In this document: one piece after another, positions 27,106 to 36,039 of the stretch | Layout: every line of letters starts with the position of its first letter | Position numbering within the stretch: position 1 is the stretch's first letter | NCBI GenBank assembly: GCA_947505635.1 | Contig: CANNLR010000001.1 | Span: forward strand, 1 to 57,855 | DNA: 57,855 bases | Direction of reading: 5' to 3' | Origin: Chlamydiota bacterium | Lineage (GTDB): Bacteria > Chlamydiota > Chlamydiia > Chlamydiales > Rhabdochlamydiaceae | Position numbers and translations under genes: made by a program | Notes under the pieces: generated by a model | The model's database searches: none | What the model was told of the DNA's origin: nothing | Seen by the model: only the letters and a program-made list of their open reading frames with translations

Positions 27106-28374
27106 ATGATACACTTTTTAATGCGGTATAATAAATATTTTATTTTATTGAGTGTGGCTGCTGCCATTTTGCTCGGTATCGCAACTCCATTACTTTTTGG
27201 GCAGATTAAGTTTTTGGGAGATTTATTCATTAATCTTTTGAAACTCTTTGCTTTGCCTCTTATTTGCTCGGCCTTGATTTCATCTTTAGGAAACTTATCA
27301 GGAAATCTGGCCACCCTAAAATCCCTTGCGAAAAGATCTGTTGGGTATATGCTTCTTAGCGAGGTGATAGCTGTAGCTATTGCCCTTGGTCTTTTTACTG
27401 TTTTAAAGCCAGGCGTCGGGGGGAATCCTGATCTGATTTTGGATGGAAAAGCTTATGAGGTCATTCAACATCAAGGTTTTGGTGTTTCTGAGTTCCTCTT
27501 ATCTATTTTTCCTGACAACGTCTTTCGTGCTCTTGCTAATTTTGAATTACTTCCTGTTGTTGTATTTTCTATTTTGTTTGGCCTTGGGTGTTCTTTTGCA
27601 GGAGAAGTAACAAAGCCTTTAATTCGGTTGGCTGTTAGCGTTAGAGAGGCTTCTTCTAAATGTTTACATGGCGTTATGCTTTTAGCTCCTATTGGTATTT
27701 TTACTTTAGTTGGAGCGGGTGTTGCTCAATCCCACTTAAGTGGGGCTCTGCAAGAAAATTTTTCAGCTCTTCTTGCTTTTGTGAGCGTGCTTGTCTTAGG
27801 CCTTTTTTTGCATGGGCTTTGGCAGCTTTTGGCTGTTGCCTTTATATCTAAGCAAAAAATTCTTCATATTTTACATCGTAGTCTTCCTGTTTTTTCTACA
27901 GCCTTTGGAACTTCGAGTTCCGTTGCAACGCTTCCTATAGCGATGCTTACGGCGGATCAGTTAAAATCAAAGCCATTTGCTACAAAATTTGTATTGCCTT
28001 TATGCGCTTCGATTAACGTCGGTGGAATGATGATGTATGAGATGGGAGCTGCTTTATTTTTTTCTCAGATGCTCGGTATCGATCTGTCTTTATCAGAGCA
28101 ACTTTTGCTTGCCGTTGCTTGTATTTTAGGTGGCATGGCAGAAGGGGGGATTCCTGAGACAAGTATGGTAAGTCTTGTTGTTGTCTTTAGAATTGTTAAT
28201 ATTCCTCTTTCTGCTATTTCTATTTTACTGCCGCTAGATCGAATTATTGATCGATTACGTACCGTGGTTAATATTTTTGGTAACATGTGCGGAGCTATTA
28301 TAGTCAGTCAGTCAATGCCGGAAGAAGTAGAAGAGAATTTAGTAGATTTATCAAAAGAAAATATTTTGATATAA
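27106..28374 (+). CDS. Dicarboxylate/amino acid:cation symporter (DAACS/GltP family)
   Basis: FGTSSSVATLPIAM motif, GGMMMYE, GIPETSMVSLV, and multiple TM segments. Confidence 0.85.
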   Translation: MIHFLMRYNKYFILLSVAAAILLGIATPLLFGQIKFLGDLFINLLKLFALPLICSALISSLGNLSGNLATLKSLAKRSVGYMLLSEVIAVAIALGLFTVLKPGVGGNPDLILDGKAYEVIQHQGFGVSEFLLSIFPDNVFRALANFELLPVVVFSILFGLGCSFAGEVTKPLIRLAVSVREASSKCLHGVMLLAPIGIFTLVGAGVAQSHLSGALQENFSALLAFVSVLVLGLFLHGLWQLLAVAFISKQKILHILHRSLPVFSTAFGTSSSVATLPIAMLTADQLKSKPFATKFVLPLCASINVGGMMMYEMGAALFFSQMLGIDLSLSEQLLLAVACILGGMAEGGIPETSMVSLVVVFRIVNIPLSAISILLPLDRIIDRLRTVVNIFGNMCGAIIVSQSMPEEVEENLVDLSKENILI

Positions 28375-28375
28375 G

Positions 28376-28403
28376 ATAAGGGGCGCTGTAAAGCGCCCCT
28401 TAT
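28376..28403. terminator. Bidirectional terminator hairpin between convergent genes
   Basis: ATAAGGGGCGCT (28376..28387), loop GTAA, AGCGCCCCTTAT (28392..28403). It lies exactly between the stops at 28374 and 28408. Confidence 0.6.
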
Positions 28404-28407
28404 TCAT

Positions 28408-29472
28408 TTAGAAGTCAAATCGAATTCGAGCGGTAAGACCTTGAAGATACAAATTTCCCCCTCTTGCTAATCCAAGATCTAAGGAAAGTCGATTTTGGTT
28501 CCACCAAACTTGCTCTTCCCATCCAGCTTGTACGCTGACATGGAGATGGTCTTGAAAGAACCAAACATCTTTACGCACGCCCAAGCCAAGTTCTAGAACA
28601 GGACTTAAGGTGTTAGTGTTTCCTTTTTCTTTAACAGGATAGGCCATGTCGTGAGAAATTTCGTAGCTGTCATTTCTATGAATATCAAAAGAGCTCCAAA
28701 GAGCGGATAGGGCTAGATCTCCAAATAAACTCCAGCTTTCAGAAAGATGCCAAGATGTGTTAAGTCCTGATCGAATCCCAACACCCCAAAAGGAACTTTT
28801 GTTATTATTATGATAAGTAAAGGCTTTATCACTAACTTCCCCTTGATATTGATTATTAAAGGTTTGCTTTTGCCAAGATCCTTTAAGACCTACAAAAGGA
28901 CGCAAGGAAAGATACTTGCTAATATAGCAGTTACGTCCCAGTTCCCAGTCTATGTTATTAAAGTGAAAGCCCCAATTAGAATGTGCTGAATTGAAAAAAT
29001 CGGATAGTTCAAGCGTTATATAGGGGATAAAGGAAGGGGTAAGTCCATCGTCGTAATCTGCTTCAATAGAACTTTTGTTGTGATTGCTTTGGAACCATGT
29101 ATAATTCAGTAGGCTATCCCAAGAGTCATGACCAAAGTTAAATCCGAATCCTGCTTTAAATCCTGTTTCATAATGAGATTTAGGACTCTTAGATTGACCT
29201 GAAGATACAGAAAATGCAGGATTGTTTGTATATCCTGTAGAAGCATATTCTAAATTGTCTTCTTTAGCCGTCCAGTAAATGTAATCTCCTGTAAAAAACA
29301 TATTGACGCCATCAACTACGCGGGGGCCTGCAGAAGGGGTGATATCAGGATGCATACAATGGTAATCTGTGATTTTTCCTTCAGGAATTTGGATAACAGT
29401 GCTGTCTGCTATGATTTGTGTCATACAGAAAAGGGAAAGCGGAAAAAAAATGCTTTTTTGTAACATGATCAA
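28408..29472 (-). CDS. Pore-forming outer-membrane beta-barrel protein (Legionella MOMP / Lpg1974-like family)
   Basis: Signal peptide, alternating aromatic beta-strand pattern, YIYWTAKEDNLEYA, LRPFVGLKGSW, C-terminal ..ARIRFDF ending in Phe. Confidence 0.7.
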   Translation of the reverse strand: MIMLQKSIFFPLSLFCMTQIIADSTVIQIPEGKITDYHCMHPDITPSAGPRVVDGVNMFFTGDYIYWTAKEDNLEYASTGYTNNPAFSVSSGQSKSPKSHYETGFKAGFGFNFGHDSWDSLLNYTWFQSNHNKSSIEADYDDGLTPSFIPYITLELSDFFNSAHSNWGFHFNNIDWELGRNCYISKYLSLRPFVGLKGSWQKQTFNNQYQGEVSDKAFTYHNNNKSSFWGVGIRSGLNTSWHLSESWSLFGDLALSALWSSFDIHRNDSYEISHDMAYPVKEKGNTNTLSPVLELGLGVRKDVWFFQDHLHVSVQAGWEEQVWWNQNRLSLDLGLARGGNLYLQGLTARIRFDF

Positions 29473-29518
29473 CCTTTGAGTGTTTTATAAAAGAGAGTTC
29501 ATCATGGATAGGAAAAGA

Positions 29519-31342
29519 CTAAAAAGCAAATTTTTTTATATTAAGAATGTCTTTTTTTGAGAGGCCTTGCACTGTTTGCAAAGATTCTTCGGATTGGGAG
29601 AGAATATTTTGTAAACTGCCAAACTGACGAAGAAGATTTTTTTTCTTGATAGGGCCAATGCCAGGAATCGAATCTAAAGCGCTTTTTGTCGTTACCTTAG
29701 CTCGAGTTTTTCTATGAAAAGATAAAGCTTTTTCATGTGCTTTATCACGAATATTTTGTAAAAGAAAAAGAAGAGGGGAGTGAAATGAAAAAGAGATTGG
29801 CTCTTGATTATAAGGGGTATAGACTTTTTCTAATGTAATGCCTTTATCATGACGTGCTTTATCTTTTACAAGAGAGATGACATCGACATTTATGATATCA
29901 AGCTCTTTTAGTACATCAAGGGCTATATTAAGTTGACCCTTACCTCCATCAATGATGAGAAGATCAGGAAAACTTTCATCTTCTTTATTTTTAAGAAGAC
30001 TTCGAGTCAACACTTGATGCAAAGCTGCATAGTCATCGGGCTTATCTATTCCTTTTATATGATAAAGCCTTGTTTTTTGCCCATCTTGAACTCCATCGAT
30101 AAAGCAAACTACGGCAGCGACTAAATGAGATCCCGATAGATTAGATGTATCAAAACATTCGATCCGTTTGGGATAATGGCTTAAACCAAGAGTTTCTTCA
30201 AGTTCCAAGAGAAGCTCTTTAGAAGATTCTAACGAGGTTGTTTTCTGCAAAAAAGAAGCTTCTGCGTTTTTTTGAGCAAGAGCGAGGAGTTCTAGTTTTT
30301 TGCCTTTTTTAGGATGGTAAAGTTTTAAAGGAGAGGAATGAATATCTTGTAAAATGGAAAGAAGAGATTTCTCTTCAAGAAGAGAGAAGGGGAGAAGGAT
30401 TTCTTGAGGAATGGGTTCATTTCCATTATATTGTTGAAGGATAAAGGAGGTGAGAATTTCTGTATTTTCTTCTATAATATTTTGAAACAAGAAAGGCTCG
30501 GATCCGATAAAAGATCCTTGTCTGAAAAGAAGACGAGTTATAAGAACTTGGTGTCCTTTACAATATAATCCTAATACATCAATGTCTTTGCCTTCAGCTT
30601 GAGAAGAAAGGTTGGCGCTTTCGGTTATATGTTCAATTTGCCGGATGGTACGAAGTAAGGCGGCTGCTCTTTCAAATTCTAATTCCTCTGCAGCTTTATG
30701 CATTTTTTCTTCTAAGGTCTGTAATACTTTTTTGTTATTGCCTTGCAAAAAGGCGATAGCACCTTCTACGTAAGTCTTGTAAGTGCTTTCGTTACATTTT
30801 CCTACACAAGGAGCGATACACCTTTTAATATCGTATAAAAGGCAAGGCCTTGTTCTTCTTTTAAATTCTTCATCAGAGCATTGTCTTAAGGGGAAAAGTT
30901 TTGCCATTAAATCAAAGATTTGTCTCGCAGAAGAGCTGCTTGTATAAGGACCAAAATATAAAGCGCCATCATTAGGTTTATTGGTGAAACGACTAAAGGT
31001 GAGTTTGGGCCATTTTTCCTTAGGATTAATGGAGAGACTGATATAATTTTTATCGTCTTTTAGAAGAATATTGAATTTGGGTCGATGTTTTTTAATGAGT
31101 GTATTTTCTAATAAAAGCGCCTCTTTTTCTCCTTGGACGATGATTGTATCAATTGTTGAGAGTTCGCTGATAAGAAAGGGGATCGTTTTTCTTGTGTCTC
31201 TTCCTGGAATAAAGTACTGCTTGAGCCTTGTCTGTAAGCTGTTAGCCTTTCCTACATAAATGACTTTTCCTTTGTCATTTTTCATCAAATAGACGCCAGG
31301 GTCTAAAGGATAGTGTTGGAGTTGCTGAGGATCAAAAGGCAT
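29519..31342 (-). CDS. uvrC: Excinuclease ABC subunit C
   Basis: GIY-YIG N-terminus (PGVYLMKNDKGKVIYVGKANSL), UVR domain, RNase H-like endonuclease domain, C-terminal HhH (IPGIGPIKKKNLL). Confidence 0.95.
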   Translation of the reverse strand: MPFDPQQLQHYPLDPGVYLMKNDKGKVIYVGKANSLQTRLKQYFIPGRDTRKTIPFLISELSTIDTIIVQGEKEALLLENTLIKKHRPKFNILLKDDKNYISLSINPKEKWPKLTFSRFTNKPNDGALYFGPYTSSSSARQIFDLMAKLFPLRQCSDEEFKRRTRPCLLYDIKRCIAPCVGKCNESTYKTYVEGAIAFLQGNNKKVLQTLEEKMHKAAEELEFERAAALLRTIRQIEHITESANLSSQAEGKDIDVLGLYCKGHQVLITRLLFRQGSFIGSEPFLFQNIIEENTEILTSFILQQYNGNEPIPQEILLPFSLLEEKSLLSILQDIHSSPLKLYHPKKGKKLELLALAQKNAEASFLQKTTSLESSKELLLELEETLGLSHYPKRIECFDTSNLSGSHLVAAVVCFIDGVQDGQKTRLYHIKGIDKPDDYAALHQVLTRSLLKNKEDESFPDLLIIDGGKGQLNIALDVLKELDIINVDVISLVKDKARHDKGITLEKVYTPYNQEPISFSFHSPLLFLLQNIRDKAHEKALSFHRKTRAKVTTKSALDSIPGIGPIKKKNLLRQFGSLQNILSQSEESLQTVQGLSKKDILNIKKFAF

Positions 31343-31425
31343 ATATTTTTCCTAAAATTATACTCCTAAGTTTGCCTGAAGAGTTGACTCTGATGCAAGA
31401 AAGAAGTTAAAGTTTTTGACTGAAA

Positions 31426-31441
31426 TACTACGCTTGTAGTA
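31426..31441. promoter_or_regulatory. Candidate BlaI/MecI-type operator palindrome
   Basis: TACTAC-GCTT-GTAGTA (6-bp perfect arms), 29 nt upstream of the repressor ATG and just downstream of a TTGACT hexamer at 31416..31421. BlaI/MecI operators are TACA/TGTA-type dyads. Confidence 0.35.
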
Positions 31442-31469
31442 GGATGGTCCTTTATATAAAGGATCACGC

Positions 31470-31850
31470 ATGGGAAAACTTCGGTTTGGAGAGTTAGAAT
31501 TTTCAATTATGAAGATTATGAGGAAATTGGAACGTGCTACGGTTCGTAATGTCTTTGAAGAGTTGGGGGGTGGTAGCTACACAACGATCATGACTGTTAT
31601 GAGTCGAATGGCAGATAAAAAAGAGCTCTTTAGAGAAAAAGAGGGGAAACAGTATGTCTATTGGATCAATCAAAAAAATACAGCATCCTCTAAGAATTTA
31701 CTTCAAAGAATTCAACAAAAGCTTTTTGGTGGCAGTAAAACGGCTATGGTTAGTTATCTGCTTGAAGGGGATGAAGAACTTTCGGAAAATGATTTAAAAG
31801 AAATAGAAAAATTGATTCAAAAGTGTAAGAAGGAGAAAGAGCATGGATAA
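31470..31850 (+). CDS. BlaI/MecI/CopY-family (penicillinase repressor) transcriptional regulator
   Basis: 126 aa winged-helix: LEFSIMKIMRKLERATVRNVFEEL..YTTIMTVMSRMADKKELFREKEGKQYVY, with a C-terminal dimerisation helix region. Its stop overlaps the next gene (ATGGATAA). Confidence 0.8.
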   Translation: MGKLRFGELEFSIMKIMRKLERATVRNVFEELGGGSYTTIMTVMSRMADKKELFREKEGKQYVYWINQKNTASSKNLLQRIQQKLFGGSKTAMVSYLLEGDEELSENDLKEIEKLIQKCKKEKEHG

Positions 31851-32862
31851 GTTTGCTCTTTTTATTTTTAATGTGTTTATCAATAGCTTTCTTGTTTTTT
31901 TTACAACAAGCCTTCTTGTTGAAGGAGTGATCTGTCTTTTTAGAATCCGGCAAGGCAGGTGTTCTGCATTTTTGCGTATGATTCCTTTTTGTAAGCTTAT
32001 TTTAGATTTATTTATGTATAACTTTGCTAGATGGGCTTACTCTTCAGGGATAGATCCTTCACAGTGCGAAGAAGGAACTAGGTTTCTAACTGTAGGATTA
32101 TGGGTCAAATCTTTTTCTTATATAAAGTCTTGTATTGAAATGACAGTTGTTGGAGATAAGACTTTTACGTTAGCTGATATTTTAAGTTCAAAAATACCTT
32201 TTTACATTCTATGTAGCTTTGCGATACTTCTTTGCTCTATTTCTTTATTTTGTGTTTATCGGAAAATAAGAAAAATATTTGGAATAAGAGGTGTCTTTAA
32301 GGGGGACTTTTTATCTATAACGAACCCTGTTTTATTTTCGTACTGTCAGAGATTTCATATAAAAGTGATCCTTACAAAGGAGTGGATGGACTCTCCATGT
32401 ATTGCAGGGATTACATCTCCTACTATATATATTCCTGCAGCGTGTGCTTTTTCTTCTAAAGAACATGAGGCTATCATAGCTCATGAAGTCGAACACTATC
32501 GATATAAAGATACTCTAGTACGGGCGTTTTTACAATGCATTGGATCTTGTTTTTGGTGGATTCCTACAAACTGGCTGCAAAAACGAATAGAAGAAGGACA
32601 AGAGATTGGCTGTGATCTCGGTACTCTTAAGTTTAGAATAGATCCAATAGATCTTGCTTCTGCTATTCATACTTCAGCGAAACATTTTTTTTATGAGGCT
32701 AAGCAGCCCTTTGCTGCTTATTTTACTCAACGTACTCTTTACAAAAGAGTTTTTATGCTTTTGCATCCTGTAGCTAATAGAAAACGCTATTGGGTAGTTT
32801 CTTTATTAGCTGCAGGATTTGCTTTTATTGTGATTTTTTTAGGAAGATTTTGGATCTTTTAA
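31843..32862 (+). CDS. M56-family (BlaR1/MecR1-like) membrane zinc metalloprotease lacking a C-terminal sensor domain
   Basis: TM helices, SPCIAGITSPTIYIP, HEXXH (AIIAHEVEHYRYKD), EEGQEIGCD (E..CD motif), final TM. The protein ends at 339 aa with no penicillin-binding domain. Confidence 0.8.
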   Translation: MDKFALFIFNVFINSFLVFFTTSLLVEGVICLFRIRQGRCSAFLRMIPFCKLILDLFMYNFARWAYSSGIDPSQCEEGTRFLTVGLWVKSFSYIKSCIEMTVVGDKTFTLADILSSKIPFYILCSFAILLCSISLFCVYRKIRKIFGIRGVFKGDFLSITNPVLFSYCQRFHIKVILTKEWMDSPCIAGITSPTIYIPAACAFSSKEHEAIIAHEVEHYRYKDTLVRAFLQCIGSCFWWIPTNWLQKRIEEGQEIGCDLGTLKFRIDPIDLASAIHTSAKHFFYEAKQPFAAYFTQRTLYKRVFMLLHPVANRKRYWVVSLLAAGFAFIVIFLGRFWIF

Positions 32863-32914
32863 AAAAACACTTTTTTTTAACCTTAAATACTACAGTTGTA
32901 GTAATGGAAAATGT

Positions 32915-33343
32915 ATGAAAAGAATTATTTTTGCCTCGGTTATGATCATGGCTAGCACTCTAGCGGTTTTTGCTTCGGAAGAACGTGTGGAGTTACAGAT
33001 CGTATCTCTTTCGACTCTTACGAGTGTTGAGATGGAGTCGATTTTAACGCAAGCTCTTGGAAATGTGGTAGTGGAATTTCCCTCTGGTACGATTTTGCCT
33101 GTAAAATTTTTTCTAAGAGGGGACTTGGTCACTTTTGTAGAGCAAGAAAAAGAGATAGGCCAAGTTAAGATGGAGAAAACGATTTACGTACGTCTTATAA
33201 AAGAGGAATTTTTATTCAGCTTAGACCTCATAGAATGGAAATCGTTATTAGATCTTGTTACCGGAAGGGTAGATGTTTCTTTGGATATTGAAGAAACGAT
33301 TCCAACGATTACCTTTGGGGTAGAAGCTGGTCAGCGTAAGTAG
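32915..33343 (+). CDS. Hypothetical secreted protein
   Basis: 142 aa with signal peptide MKRIIFASVMIMASTLAVFA. No recognisable motif. Same strand, 52 nt after the M56 gene, and followed by a strong terminator. Confidence 0.5.
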   Translation: MKRIIFASVMIMASTLAVFASEERVELQIVSLSTLTSVEMESILTQALGNVVVEFPSGTILPVKFFLRGDLVTFVEQEKEIGQVKMEKTIYVRLIKEEFLFSLDLIEWKSLLDLVTGRVDVSLDIEETIPTITFGVEAGQRK

Positions 33344-33359
33344 AAAGCAAAGAACATTC

Positions 33360-33391
33360 AGAACCCACTTTATAAAAAAGTGGGTTCTTTT
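33360..33391 (+). terminator. Rho-independent terminator
   Basis: AGAACCCACTTT (33360..33371), loop ATAAA, AAAGTGGGTTCT (33377..33388), then TTTT. Confidence 0.7.
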
Positions 33392-33544
33392 GTGATTAAG
33401 TTAAAATTTTTGTAGAATGTTAGTTTTTTAGGAGTCAGCATTTTTTCCTATTTAGACGGTTGAATATAAGAAAAGATGGAAAGGATACCCATCCTTTCTT
33501 TATATTCAGACTTATTGTTAATTTTTTCACAAAAGAGTTTTTAT

Positions 33545-34936
33545 ATGCCTTTTCCCTTAGCACAATACATAGCTTGGTTTGAAGAAAATGAAGAAAAAAT
33601 TCAGCAGGATTTTTTTCATTTTTTACGATTTTCTAGTATCAGTACAGATCCTTTGCATCATAAAGAATGTCTTAAAACAGCAGATTGGCTCTCTTCTTAT
33701 TTGCGTGATATAGGGATGAAGACAGAGCTACTTAAGAGTCCAGGGCTTCCTGTTGTGTTTGCAGATTCAGGGACAAAAGGAGCTTCTATTCCATCCGTTT
33801 TATTATATCATCATTATGATGTACAACCGGTTGATCCAGTCGATCTTTGGACAAGTGATCCTTTTTCTCCGCGACTTGATGGAGGATGTATATTTGCTAG
33901 AGGAGCTTCTGATAATAAGGGGCAATGCTTTATCACGCTAACGGCTTTAAAGGCTATGGGGCAGTTAACAAGAGATCTACCCTTACAAATTAAGCTTTTT
34001 ATAGAAGGGGAAGAGGAGTCTGGTGGCGCTGGAACCTATGTAGTTTTAAAAGAGAAAAAGGATCTATTGAAAGCAGATTTTTTATGTGTTGTAGACTTTG
34101 ATCTAGCAGCTCCTGATCAGCCAAGTATAGCAATGGGATATAGAGGACTTGCCGCTTTTGAAATAGAATGCATTAATGCACAAACTGATATGCATTCAGG
34201 TGTGCATGGGGGAATAGCTCTCAATCCTATTCATATTTTAACAGATATTATAGCTAAATTGCGGGATGAAACAGGAAAGATAACTATACCTCATTTTTAC
34301 GATGGTATTGATCCTTTATCTGCTGAAGAAAAGGAAAAGTTAGACCTTTCTTTTGATGAAAAAAAATATAGAGAAGAGTTTGGTGTTGGGGCTTTTTGTC
34401 AAGAAAAGGGAGTTTCTTTAAGAGAAGCTAATTGGCTAAGGCCTACAATAGAAGTTAATGGTCTTTGGGGCGGATATACAGGAGCTGGGTTTAAAACCGT
34501 CATTCCAGCAAAGGCTTATGCTAAGATTTCTTGTCGTCTAGTTCCTGGGCAAGACCCGGACAAGATAGAAAAGCATTTTACAGAGTTTTTAGTGCAGAAT
34601 ACTCCTAAGGGAGCTGAGATTCGAATTAAGTGGCATCATGGAGCTAAAGCGTATCGTGCAAGTTTTGATTCTCTTCTAGTAGCTGCTGTTTCTAAAAGCA
34701 TGGAAGATGTATTTCAAAAACCTTGTCATTACACTTTATGTGGGGGATCTGTTCCTATTGTAAAAGACCTTGCTGAAGCTGTAGGAGGGGATGTAGCCCT
34801 ATTTGGATTTGCCTTAGATACAGATAATATTCATGCCCCTAATGAGCACTTTCGGTGGGAGTGTTTTAAAAAGGGATTTTTAACGATAGCGCGGCTTCTT
34901 TGGGAGCTTGCGGAGCAAGGAAAGAAAAAACCTTAG
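33545..34936 (+). CDS. M20-family metallopeptidase (dipeptidase / ArgE-DapE-CPG2 superfamily)
   Basis: LLYHHYDVQP, ARGASDNKG, FIEGEEESGG, and a C-terminal H-containing block. I prefer the ATG at 33545 (MPFPLAQYIAWFEEN). The track start 33476 adds 23 poorly supported residues. Confidence 0.85.
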   Translation: MPFPLAQYIAWFEENEEKIQQDFFHFLRFSSISTDPLHHKECLKTADWLSSYLRDIGMKTELLKSPGLPVVFADSGTKGASIPSVLLYHHYDVQPVDPVDLWTSDPFSPRLDGGCIFARGASDNKGQCFITLTALKAMGQLTRDLPLQIKLFIEGEEESGGAGTYVVLKEKKDLLKADFLCVVDFDLAAPDQPSIAMGYRGLAAFEIECINAQTDMHSGVHGGIALNPIHILTDIIAKLRDETGKITIPHFYDGIDPLSAEEKEKLDLSFDEKKYREEFGVGAFCQEKGVSLREANWLRPTIEVNGLWGGYTGAGFKTVIPAKAYAKISCRLVPGQDPDKIEKHFTEFLVQNTPKGAEIRIKWHHGAKAYRASFDSLLVAAVSKSMEDVFQKPCHYTLCGGSVPIVKDLAEAVGGDVALFGFALDTDNIHAPNEHFRWECFKKGFLTIARLLWELAEQGKKKP

Positions 34937-35238
34937 ATACAGCGGGATTTCACCTTGGAGCTGGAGTAGCAAGATATTTGCTTATCTTTATTTAATCATG
35001 TGGGATGGACAGACTCTATGGATTACTAAGCCATGAGAGCTTATGTAGCAGAAAGGAAAAAGAATTGTCTTATTGGATAAATCTCTTGGGTTTGTAGGAG
35101 TGTCCTCACCTTAGAAAGCTGTCACTTTATCTGAGCTAAAAAACTCTGGTTTTAAATAAAGGGCAGTTTCTTGGCGTGGTCGTTCAATCCTTCCAGGGAA
35201 GGAGATTTATTACTTTTTGGTTGAATGCCAAATAAAAT

Positions 35239-36039
35239 CTAATTTTGAGGACTTAAGATGGTTAAGATCTCATGGCCTGTTTTTGTGATTAAAAGAGTAT
35301 GTTCCCATTGGGCACTTGGTTTACCATCATTTGTTCTCGCGGTCCACTGATCTTCAGGATCGATATACCCCGTTCGTACACCGGCATTGACCATAGGTTC
35401 TATGGTGAAGATCATCCCTTCGACTAAGGGGATTTTTATCTTGTTATAGTGATGAGGGATTTCTGGTGGCTCGTGAAGCCCTACCCCTACGCCATGAGCA
35501 ACAAATTGGGTTGCAATAGAGCATCCTTGCTCTTTTGCATAATCTTCGATGACCTTGCCAATCTCAGAAATGAGGACCCCAGGCTTCAAGATGGCAATAG
35601 ATCTCATAAGACATTCATAAGAAGTATCAACGACCTTTTGCTTTTCTTTGCTTACTTTGCCAATTGTAACCATCCTGCTGCAGTCCCCATAGAATCCATT
35701 TAAAATACAAGTGACATCGATATTGAGAATGTCTCCTTCCTTTAAAGGTCTATCATCAGGAATCCCATGGCAGATAACCTCGTTTAATGAGGTGCAGATA
35801 CTTTTAGGGAAAGGGGGCTCTCCATAGCCTAAAGGGGCTGGGATGGCATTTGCTTTTATGTGAAGTTTATGAGCAAAATCGTCAAGTTTTTGTGTGGTTA
35901 CCCCTTCGATCGCTTTTTTACAAGTTTCATCGAGGATGTAGGCGGCTAAATAGCAAGCTTGTCGAATTCCGGCAATTTGGGTCTTTGTCTTAAGGATGAT
36001 CCCATACGAATCTAGATATTCTTTAGAGAGCTTACTCAT
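35239..36039 (-). CDS. map: Type I methionine aminopeptidase (no N-terminal extension)
   Basis: EVICHGIPD, DILNIDVT, GDCSRM, AHGVGVGLHE, FTIEPM, QWEHTLLITKTG (all Map metal-ligand blocks). Confidence 0.95.
   Translation of the reverse strand: MSKLSKEYLDSYGIILKTKTQIAGIRQACYLAAYILDETCKKAIEGVTTQKLDDFAHKLHIKANAIPAPLGYGEPPFPKSICTSLNEVICHGIPDDRPLKEGDILNIDVTCILNGFYGDCSRMVTIGKVSKEKQKVVDTSYECLMRSIAILKPGVLISEIGKVIEDYAKEQGCSIATQFVAHGVGVGLHEPPEIPHHYNKIKIPLVEGMIFTIEPMVNAGVRTGYIDPEDQWTARTNDGKPSAQWEHTLLITKTGHEILTILSPQN

Noticed and set aside
32951-32966. CIRCE-like fragment (CTAGCACTCTAGCGG)
   Set aside because: It is only a half-site resemblance to TTAGCACTC-N9-GAGTGCTAA. It lies inside a coding region and is not upstream of a chaperone gene.
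33476-33544. Longer N-terminus of the M20 peptidase (track start 33476), and similar long starts at 1912, 1975, 9261, 9466, 18230 and 54446
   Set aside because: Downstream ATGs have better SD sequences and/or match the expected family N-termini. The longer forms add unsupported residues, and several begin with TTG/GTG. They are kept as alternatives only.
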